Shown here: positions 56,427 to 64,000 of the stretch, piece by piece
Position numbering within the stretch: position 1 is the first letter of the stretch
Layout: every line of letters begins with the position of its first letter
DNA from: Pontiella sp.
GTDB taxonomy: Bacteria > Verrucomicrobiota > Kiritimatiellia > Kiritimatiellales > Pontiellaceae
Length of the DNA: 64,000 nt
Assembly (NCBI GenBank): GCA_050290185.1
Contig: JBNKHE010000009.1
Location: 135,031 to 199,030, forward strand
Reading direction: 5' to 3'
Position numbers and translations under genes: made by a program
The notes under the pieces: generated by a model
What the model was told of the DNA's origin: nothing
Database searches by the model: none
What the model saw: only the letters and a program-made list of their open reading frames with translations

Positions 56427-57557
56427 CTATTCAGACGCAAACAACTCATCATCGGAAACATCGGGGTTTTCAATAAGGTAGGCATACATGATGTCGCGTT
56501 CGTCCTTATTCAACCCCAGGTCGTTCGCAATACGGTTTGAACGCATATAGGCCTGAACCTGCGACTCATCCTGATTTCCCCGGACCTGCCGCTGGGCAAC
56601 ATCCGCCGATTGTTCAGGGGTCAACAACTCCTCATTCGTAACATCAGGATTTTCAACAAGGTAGGCATACACCTCGTCGCGTTCATCTCCACTCCACCCC
56701 AAGGCATCCGCAATGCGGTTTGCACGCATATAGGCCTGAACCTGCTGTTGCTCCTGCTCTATCTGAAGCTTCTCCCGGACAAAATCCGCCAATCCGGCCT
56801 GCTGGTCCGTCGAAAGATGCTCGTTCACGGCGGCCAAAACCTCGCTGTCTTCATACCATTCCATCACAGAGACTGCATTCGCGGACGCCCCTTCGGGGCT
56901 GATTATTTCCTGATACTGATTAAAATAGGTTTCCTGCTGTTCCGTAACCGGAACTCCCTGCGAAATCATTATCTGGATTGCGAGATAATTTTCATACCTG
57001 GTCCGGTCTGTCTCGAGTAATCCGGCTGTTCGTTCCATGTCGGAGCGAGCCATATCCACCCGCTGCTCAATGATACGGCGGCTGTGGTTTGAAAGGATTT
57101 CACTCACGATGCCTGCCGTTTCATCGTCGAGCATCAGTCGCAATGAAAGGTTGAGGGCCGGGATCGTTGTGTCGGCGGATTGGTTGAAGTAGTCCGGATT
57201 TTCCAGTATCGACATGCGGGCATTAAAATTCGTGGTCATTTCTTCCGCCGCCTGTTTAGCGGCAGCCAGAAAGCGCGGCATGATCTTCAGGTCATCTCCC
57301 GCATCTTCCTGCTCGTCCCGGTCTTGCACCAGGTCATTCCCCGCATTTTCCGGGATGGGCCGTGGTTCCCGAACTTCAGCATCACGGGTGACGGTTTCCT
57401 TATCCCCAAAGGACGGATCCGGCTGCAGGGGCCTTTCGCCCGGACCGGTTCCTGCGGATTTTTCCAGTGCGGGCGCAACGGTCTTCGTATATTTGAAGAT
57501 CCCGATGCCTGCGATAACCAATACGGAGATCAAGGCAGGTATCAGCCATTGTTTCAT
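56427..57557 (-). CDS. Hypothetical membrane-anchored helical protein with C-terminal duplication
   Basis: N-terminal TM helix MKQWLIPALISVLVIAGIGIF; QVQAYMR.NRIA..LG...ERD..YAYL.ENPDV occurs twice. Confidence 0.7.
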   Translation of the reverse strand: MKQWLIPALISVLVIAGIGIFKYTKTVAPALEKSAGTGPGERPLQPDPSFGDKETVTRDAEVREPRPIPENAGNDLVQDRDEQEDAGDDLKIMPRFLAAAKQAAEEMTTNFNARMSILENPDYFNQSADTTIPALNLSLRLMLDDETAGIVSEILSNHSRRIIEQRVDMARSDMERTAGLLETDRTRYENYLAIQIMISQGVPVTEQQETYFNQYQEIISPEGASANAVSVMEWYEDSEVLAAVNEHLSTDQQAGLADFVREKLQIEQEQQQVQAYMRANRIADALGWSGDERDEVYAYLVENPDVTNEELLTPEQSADVAQRQVRGNQDESQVQAYMRSNRIANDLGLNKDERDIMYAYLIENPDVSDDELFASE

Positions 57558-57647
57558 CGTTTGCTGCAACGTCATCCCCCTTTGCGGAAAATAATCCCTC
57601 CGGTGCATGCCATGCAGGACAAACACCGGAAGGACGCATATCAACTA

Positions 57648-59015
57648 TTACTCCATGCGCCATTTCTGGTTGCTGCCGCCCCAATAGGACCAGAGTCCGA
57701 CGTTGGAGCCGTTGCTGGTGCCATAGGAGTCCATACATTCGCTGGTATTCAGCTTCGGCACGACCTTGTAGGTTTGGCTGTCCACGGCCAATATCTGCCA
57801 GAACTGCGGGTTGCCGCCCCAGTAGGACCAGGTTATGACATTGCCGCCGTCGGCGGGATTCCAACCGGCATCCAGGGCGCGGGCTCCACTCTGTGCCGAG
57901 CGGATGGAGAAATTGCCGCTACCCTGGTAATCGATATTCCAGCGCTGGTTCGCGCCGCCCCAATCGTCCCAGATCCCGACGTTGGAACCATCGCTGTCTC
58001 CATTAGCATCGAGGGACCGTCCGCTTGCTGTGTTGACGATCTTGCGGTAGCCGACGGGAATGGCACCGATGTAGTTGCCGGTCCCGGCTGAGTAGTGGAT
58101 TAAACCGACCTTATTATACGAGCCACTGTTGATTCGTATGTTGCTGCTCTCCAGCGTGATCAGAATATCATGAATTACCGAATCACGGATGCTCACCTCA
58201 TCCACGGTGATATTGTGGGCTTTTCCGGTGACGAATCCCCGCCCGCAGCCGACCGCGCTGAGATACCCAACATGGACATTGTTGCACTCATTAACCAGGC
58301 GAAGTCCTGCGTAACCGGCATCCACGCAACACCGGGTCGCGTAGATGTTGTTGAAATAACTATCTATGGTTTTATTGGGGCAAACCCCGCATCCACCGCA
58401 GTCGGTGGCTACGATATTCTGTATATCTGCATCGATGATGCCGTAGGTCTCGATTCCATGACTCCCCATATTATAAAAATTACAGTTGTTAATCGTCAGA
58501 CCTGTATCCCAGTAATCTTCGTAGGGTCTGGATGGGTGGCTGTCACATCGTATCCCGATGCCTGAATTATTCTGTACGGTGAGGCCTGAAAACGAGGAGT
58601 TGTCGCAGTCGGTAAAGTGAATGACAAACCAGTTTTTACCCCCATCGATCACCGCATTGATCATGCTGCAATTGTTACGACCCCGGGCGTAAAAGGCCTC
58701 GTGCTCTCCATCAAGCCATATGTTGACCCGGTTATCGTGAAAGTTCAGCTTGGTACCGTCAACCAGGTTAATCGTAGAGGTCACGTTTCCGTCACATGTA
58801 ATATCAACCCAACTATTTGGAACGGCATTAATGCATGCCTGAACCGCCGTGGCATAGTCCGTTGAATCCCCTGATTCAACGTTATTGATTTTCCAGCGAT
58901 AACGGCCATTGCGATAGAACACCTCGTTATCATAAGCCTGCGCCAGATTGGTTCCCATGACGATTGTCATAAGACACAGGTGTAGCCCAAATTTCCTGCT
59001 AAACGTACTCATCAT
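57648..59015 (-). CDS. Secreted parallel beta-helix protein with C-terminal ricin-B (CBM13-like) lectin
   Basis: Signal peptide; beta-helix repeats; LDA...GSNV..W...NQRW / PQFW / NQKW trefoil. Confidence 0.82.
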   Translation of the reverse strand: MMSTFSRKFGLHLCLMTIVMGTNLAQAYDNEVFYRNGRYRWKINNVESGDSTDYATAVQACINAVPNSWVDITCDGNVTSTINLVDGTKLNFHDNRVNIWLDGEHEAFYARGRNNCSMINAVIDGGKNWFVIHFTDCDNSSFSGLTVQNNSGIGIRCDSHPSRPYEDYWDTGLTINNCNFYNMGSHGIETYGIIDADIQNIVATDCGGCGVCPNKTIDSYFNNIYATRCCVDAGYAGLRLVNECNNVHVGYLSAVGCGRGFVTGKAHNITVDEVSIRDSVIHDILITLESSNIRINSGSYNKVGLIHYSAGTGNYIGAIPVGYRKIVNTASGRSLDANGDSDGSNVGIWDDWGGANQRWNIDYQGSGNFSIRSAQSGARALDAGWNPADGGNVITWSYWGGNPQFWQILAVDSQTYKVVPKLNTSECMDSYGTSNGSNVGLWSYWGGSNQKWRME

Positions 59016-59724
59016 ATGCTCCTCATTATCTTAATTACATGTATGTTTAAAAATCACGGTACTCCTCCGCACAACGGTCTATCCATAAGCCATAATCATC
59101 CTCCTCTCTCTGATACCCGGCAGGTCAGTCTGCCTGCTCCTTGCAGCATGCCTCTCAATCCCCATGGCGTCGGAATCCTAGAAGCCGACTCCGAGCTGAC
59201 CACCCGGTTTCCCGGGCGCCCGAAAACCGATGAACAGTTTGGATCCAAACTCTTCTTTCAGGCGCTGTCCTACAATCACCTGCTGGGCTCGATCGACTAC
59301 AAGCATTCACTTTCGCCTATTTGGAGTTATGCCATAAACAACTACAAATCAAGGGTCTATGCAACCCCGTGCACCAAACACAAATTATACAATTACAATC
59401 GTGTTCCATAACTTTTACAGTGTTCGATCCGGCAACACCGACAACGCGCTGACGACGCATAACGAACTCCACAAAGCGATTGGGCATTGCAAAGCACAGG
59501 CCACTTGCGGCACTCCAGCATTGGAGTACTCATGTTTTAGGAAAGGGTCGGGGGAAAGCGTATACGCCCGTTCCCGGAGGGGTTGGTCCCATGACCATCA
59601 AGACCTTGATTTACCAAACGGTAGAAGCGGGTGAGCGTATGGCAACCCAATGAATCCGGGATCGGGATAACCTGCCGATCTCGGCGCCGTCCCCGTCGCC
59701 GGAGGTGCGCCGTCCCCGCGCCTG

Positions 59725-59775
59725 GGATGTTGCGATCGCGCGCTACCGGTAGGGATGGATCTCCTAGCCGTCCGC
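59725..59775. repeat. GTAG-family REP-like pair
   Basis: ...GCGCGCTACC-GGTAGGGATGGATCTCCTAGCCGTCCGC; same CTACCGGTAG junction as at 52688. Confidence 0.65.
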
Positions 59776-59928
59776 TCCGCACGAGCGGAGGTGGACATAG
59801 CAGAGCAAACTCTTTGTGTATCTCGGCACAGATCTCTTAACTTAGTGCCATCATTCCTTTGCTCGTGGCCGACGAACTTGCGGACGAGGTGTAGCCATCG
59901 CAGCGGTTAGCACGAAACGCGACGCCGG

Positions 59929-61278
59929 CTACTGGCTGTCCCAATCATTCCGGCGATCCACGTTCTCGATACCTCTTTCCGCCAGCTCGATCAGCTCGTT
60001 TAATGCATCCTCGGGATAATAAACCTTGGGGAGCGTATGGTCGTGGGTGGCTCCGTTTGCCTCAATCCACTCCATGATCTTCTCCACGGCGTCCTCCCGG
60101 TCATTCCGGTCGCCATTGAGGTCGTAGTTGAACAGGGGAACGCCGGCATCGCGCAAATAGCTCATACCGGTCGTCCGCAGATCCTTCCGGTTGCGAAGCA
60201 GAAACGGTACGCCCTGCAATGCCCTGGTGATCGGGTGGGGGAACTGCAGTGGCGTGTATTTAATATGACCGGATTCCGTGATCTGCAGCCAGCTTTCGAT
60301 ACTCCCGCTGCTTTTGTAGCGGACCCGCAGGTTGACGTTGCGGTCCTCGACATCGAGAATATGCACCCCGTTAAATCTTGAAACAGAGGTCTTAAACCCG
60401 GTTTCGGTGAGGCTCGAATCCCCGGGATGCATGGGCGCGAGCAAGGCCTTCCATGCCTCGAAGTCCTCGTCATCGATAGCGTCGATATATTGCTCTGCCA
60501 GGGCGCGAACCTCCTTTTCACTCATGGTCACGGCCGGATAGTCCGATGGATCAGGCATCTCGGCCTTCTCCGCCTCACGGGCCTTCACGCCCTCCACCCA
60601 TGGATAGTCGTCCAGCGGCAGGGGTTCGGGTACGCAGATCTCGCGAATCAGCTCCGTGCCGTCGGAGAGTGTCATCATGAAACGAAAGCGCGCTCCGACC
60701 AGAATGTTGCGAAACTGGACGCCGCGCTTGTAGCTCACCTGTTTGCGGTTGATCTCTACCGGCGTGGACGGCGTAAGCTCGCCTACCTTCAGGGTAAAGT
60801 TGTAGGCCCCGATCTGTTCCTTCCGGTCGCGGTAGGTGCAGTATTCAGCGGTAATATTGGTCAGCGTGGTGGTGCCATGGTTGACGATGGAAATGAGCAA
60901 ATGGTCTTCCCGCCGGTCACGGTCACCGGCACGGTCGCCGGTATCATGCCAGTAGCCATCCTCGAAAGTAATATTGATCTCAAGCAGTTCGTTGCTGAGC
61001 AGGCGCCGGGACTCCAGCCAGAGGCCCAGATAGGCGTGATCATCTTCGGATAGCTGATCGATGCTCACCGTGCCTTTATGGCCGTTTTCAAGTTTAAGAT
61101 CCACCTTGCCGCTTGCCACATCATAATCCAGTACCACGGCGTCTATACTTCGGCCTGACGTGTCCGTAAAAGTGTGGCATTCCTGAAACGGATTGGCTTT
61201 GGCGTGAAAGGCTGAAAAAACAAGAACACACACTATAGCCAGCGCTGTTTTGATCCCCTTGATCGCTGTCGAAGTCAT
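59929..61278 (-). CDS. Secreted protein with N-terminal SHD1-like domain
   Basis: Signal peptide; TFTDTSGRSIDA...V.LKLENG....VSIDQLSEDDHAYL. Confidence 0.75.
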   Translation of the reverse strand: MTSTAIKGIKTALAIVCVLVFSAFHAKANPFQECHTFTDTSGRSIDAVVLDYDVASGKVDLKLENGHKGTVSIDQLSEDDHAYLGLWLESRRLLSNELLEINITFEDGYWHDTGDRAGDRDRREDHLLISIVNHGTTTLTNITAEYCTYRDRKEQIGAYNFTLKVGELTPSTPVEINRKQVSYKRGVQFRNILVGARFRFMMTLSDGTELIREICVPEPLPLDDYPWVEGVKAREAEKAEMPDPSDYPAVTMSEKEVRALAEQYIDAIDDEDFEAWKALLAPMHPGDSSLTETGFKTSVSRFNGVHILDVEDRNVNLRVRYKSSGSIESWLQITESGHIKYTPLQFPHPITRALQGVPFLLRNRKDLRTTGMSYLRDAGVPLFNYDLNGDRNDREDAVEKIMEWIEANGATHDHTLPKVYYPEDALNELIELAERGIENVDRRNDWDSQ

Positions 61279-61374
61279 GAGAGATTCCCCCTTATGGCTA
61301 AACCCTTGCCATTAGTAAGGAAATTCAGAGCATGAAGCAATGACTATCCATGCAGAAGTCTTGGAAAAGGGGCG

Positions 61375-61432
61375 GGGGAGGGGACGCGTAGCGAGGCTGC
61401 CGAAGAGGCAGCAACCATGCGCCGCCCACAAA
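61375..61432 (+). repeat. Dispersed repeat (second copy at 52763-52858)
   Basis: Contains GTAG followed by the hairpin GCTGCC-GAAGA-GGCAGC. Confidence 0.7.
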
Positions 61433-61597
61433 AACAACAAGGCCGATTGTCCGCCGACGCGAAGCGAGGTTTGAGCCAGCGAAAACAATGACCGAAGATG
61501 ATTTTGAGCGAATAGCGAAGAATCTTGGCAACCTTCAGCAAAGGTGGAAGCCTCTGGTGACGGCTGGACCCTTTTGCTATGGTGTCATTGATAGCAC

Positions 61598-62578
61598 CTA
61601 CCATTGATGCTTGAACCAGTTCGCCTCTTCGGCCCTGGGTCGGTAAAGTTCTTCGATTCTGGCCATTTCTTCGGGAGGCAATGGCTTGAACTGCTTGGCG
61701 ATTTGCACGTTCTTGTCCAATTCCTCAATCTTGGAGATTCCAACAACAATCGTGCTGATGGGAAGGGAGAGCACATAGTTCATGGATTCCTCCATGGCAT
61801 TGAATCCGCCCTCTTTGAACAATCGTCCACCCGATGCCACCTTCATGCCGATGATGCCCATTTTCCTTTCCACGCATAACGGCAGGAGGTTCTTGATGAA
61901 CGAGGCATCGTTCTCGTTGTCCGGCATGTTCTTGTCGCCCGGATTAAGGGCCATGAGAATCGTATCGAATGGGAAGCGTTCAATGGACCTCTTCAGGACA
62001 AAGGGTTGCTTGTGGCCTGTGATGCCTAGAAAGCGAACGATCTTTTCATCTCGTGCTTTTTCAAGGGCTTTCAGGGCGCCATTTGAGCCAAACACCGCTT
62101 CCTCGTCCTCCTTGGACCGTACGGTGTGCAACTGCCAGCAATCAATATGATCGGTTTGCAGGTTTTTCAGCGATCCCTCCAGGTCCCGCATGGCTCCGTC
62201 ATAATCCCGTTTGATGGTTTTGGTGGAAAGAAACACCTCCTTGCGGCGTGTCTTCATCACCTGCCCGATGTTTCTTTCGCTGCGACCGCCGCCATACAGC
62301 TCGGCCGTATCAATGTAGTTTATTCCCAGGTCCAGTGCATGGTTGATTATGGCTACGGCCTGCTCTTCACTGCCTCCCCGATCCAAAGTGGCCTGGCCAC
62401 CAAGGCTGTAGATGCTGGCATTCCAACCGGTATTCCCCAAGGGTCTCGTCGGCATGGGTTTTGAATTCTCCGATGATTCTCCGAAGGTGTTTAATGGACC
62501 CGTCATTCCAATGGCCGCAATTCCCGCCCCTGTCCTGATTATTGCATCCCTGCGATTAACCTGGTTGTCCTCGCTCAT
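61598..62578 (-). CDS. Tat-exported aldo/keto reductase
   Basis: NRRDAI twin-arginine leader; GINYIDTAELYG, STK, LQTDHID..QLH, RFLGITGH, IGMK. Confidence 0.9.
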   Translation of the reverse strand: MSEDNQVNRRDAIIRTGAGIAAIGMTGPLNTFGESSENSKPMPTRPLGNTGWNASIYSLGGQATLDRGGSEEQAVAIINHALDLGINYIDTAELYGGGRSERNIGQVMKTRRKEVFLSTKTIKRDYDGAMRDLEGSLKNLQTDHIDCWQLHTVRSKEDEEAVFGSNGALKALEKARDEKIVRFLGITGHKQPFVLKRSIERFPFDTILMALNPGDKNMPDNENDASFIKNLLPLCVERKMGIIGMKVASGGRLFKEGGFNAMEESMNYVLSLPISTIVVGISKIEELDKNVQIAKQFKPLPPEEMARIEELYRPRAEEANWFKHQW

Positions 62579-62722
62579 GACGATCCTCCGTGTATGGAAC
62601 TATATCCGTAACCTCTTCAACGTGGAAAGGTTGACGGGTGATTCTCTTCAAGTCAAAACGTTACAAATAGTATTCTCGGGTTCGGTCCTGAATGGCACTA
62701 CGTCAAGGCCGTTTCAACACCG

Positions 62723-62937
62723 CAAAACACGGATTGCGTACCGCCCAAATCCCTCGTTTTCCTCTTAATTACCTGCGGGCATTGTGTTTCGATCAAAACG
62801 CCGCAGACACGGATTATAGATGCGGCAATTAAACGGGGGAGTCTTTTAGCCACACAATTGAGACGAACAGGATAAATTGCGCACAAGAATCACAAGAAAA
62901 GGGGGGTCATTATTAAAATATCGGACCGACCGTTTTG
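62723..62937 (+). repeat. Composite of two dispersed repeats
   Basis: 62723-62787 matches 55024-55088; 62828-62937 matches 32427-32536. Confidence 0.85.
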
Positions 62938-62995
62938 CGAAAAGGCTCATCGTAATTGCAAAAGCTATTTTAATCGTTTGCATCTTCGTTGCAGG

Positions 62996-63043
62996 CCTCC
63001 TCGGATTATCTTCGGCAGACAGGATGCATTTAAACCGGGTCAT
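62996..63043 (-). pseudogene. 5' stub of a CheY-like response regulator
   Basis: ATG overlaps the kinase 3' end; MTRFKCILSAEDNPRR resembles receiver beta1 (IL..EDNP.D), after which similarity is lost. Confidence 0.55.
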
Positions 63044-64000
63044 TGCTAACCTCCGAAGCACGTTGCGGCAGGGTAAAGAAAAACGTGGCGCCTTGACCGA
63101 CTTTCGCTTCCGCCCAAATGTGACCGTCGTGACGAGCAATGATGCGCTGAACGGTGGCCAATCCGATTCCCGTCCCCTCGAATTCCTCCGCCGAGTGCAG
63201 TCGCTGAAAGACGCCAAAGAGCTTGTCGACATAGCGCATGTCGAAACCAACGCCATTGTCCGCAACAAAGAAAATCGTTTCGCCGTTCTCCTTGCGGGCA
63301 CCAACCTCTATCCGGGCGGACTCCCGAGTCCTGGTGTATTTAACCGCATTCCCCAGCAGATTGGCCCAGACTTGACGGAGGAGGATAAAATCTCCCAGAA
63401 CGGAGGGCAAATCCCCGACGACCCATTCGATGGTGCGTTCTGCGCAACTGTCCTTCAATTCGGACCGCACTTCCTGTATCGCCCGGTTCATATCAACCTT
63501 TTCCCGCCGCATTTCGGCCCGCCCCGTACGAGAAAAAGCAAGCAGATCATCGATCAATAAGCCCATGCGCTTCGCCGAATCATTGATGGTTTCCATGTAA
63601 TACTCGCTTTTCTCGTCCAAGCTGCTCGAGCAGCTTGCCTGAAGCAACTCCATGAAACCGTCTATGTGGCGCAACGGCGCCCGCAAATCATGCGAGACGG
63701 AATAGCAAAAGGATTCCAGCTCCTGATTGGCGACCTGTAACTCGCTGGTTCGTTGGGAAACTTGCAATTCAAGCTTCACGGTTCGTCGGTGCAGATTCCG
63801 CACGCGGTAGCTGTACCCGGCGGCGATCAGGCCCACTACAAACAATCCGGCCACGCTTCTGAACCACCACGTTTCCCACCAAGGTGGGGTGATGGTAATT
63901 TTGAGTGATGTTCCTGCTTCGTTCCACACCCCGTCATTATTAGAAGCTTTCACCCGAAAGATATACTCACCGGGGTCAAGGTTGGTGTAAGTGGCAAAAC
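63030..64000 (-). CDS. Sensor histidine kinase with Y_Y_Y domain (C-terminal part; runs off window)
   Basis: ATYTNLDPGEYIFRVKASNNDGVW, PPWWETWW TM, YSVSHDLRAPLR, NLLGNAVKY, DNGVGF, GTGIGL. Confidence 0.92.
   Translation of the reverse strand, partial: FATYTNLDPGEYIFRVKASNNDGVWNEAGTSLKITITPPWWETWWFRSVAGLFVVGLIAAGYSYRVRNLHRRTVKLELQVSQRTSELQVANQELESFCYSVSHDLRAPLRHIDGFMELLQASCSSSLDEKSEYYMETINDSAKRMGLLIDDLLAFSRTGRAEMRREKVDMNRAIQEVRSELKDSCAERTIEWVVGDLPSVLGDFILLRQVWANLLGNAVKYTRTRESARIEVGARKENGETIFFVADNGVGFDMRYVDKLFGVFQRLHSAEEFEGTGIGLATVQRIIARHDGHIWAEAKVGQGATFFFTLPQRASEVSNDPV

Noticed and set aside
59016..59411. 131-aa ORF
   Set aside because: No SD or recognisable domain, and it overlaps the upstream region of the divergent gene; at most a gene remnant.
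55000..62600. Integron cassette array
   Set aside because: Mixed gene orientations, no integrase and no convincing attC sites.

Overview
GC-rich bacterial window; the PEP-CTERM and SHD1 proteins and the C-terminal 'TNL..W..FYR' module suggest a PVC-superphylum organism, probably Kiritimatiellota (Pontiella-like). This assignment is inferred. Contents in order: (i) modABC; (ii) a ~28 kb block of large secreted modular proteins (EF-hand, FG-GAP/cadherin, arylsulfotransferase-like+DUF1566, PEP-CTERM, Gly-rich, M60-like peptidase) interleaved with two OmpR-family two-component systems. Most of these genes carry a fixed-spacing upstream box, TT(A/C)A-N7-TTAAGGTT-N8-(-10); (iii) a lower-GC defence island in which a PtuA/PtuB (Septu/retron-effector-like) ATPase+HNH pair is translationally coupled inside a type I R-M operon between hsdS and hsdR, followed by a ParB/Srx-like ORF and an orphan FokI-like nuclease; (iv) a second cluster of secreted beta-helix/FG-GAP/LRR genes with orphan and frameshifted copies of the shared C-terminal module; (v) assorted genes and a sensor kinase whose partner regulator is truncated next to a ~110 bp sequence that also marks the left edge of the defence island. 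Intergenic DNA is rich in short palindromic elements. I saw no rRNA, tRNA, CRISPR array, integrase, transposase or reverse transcriptase.
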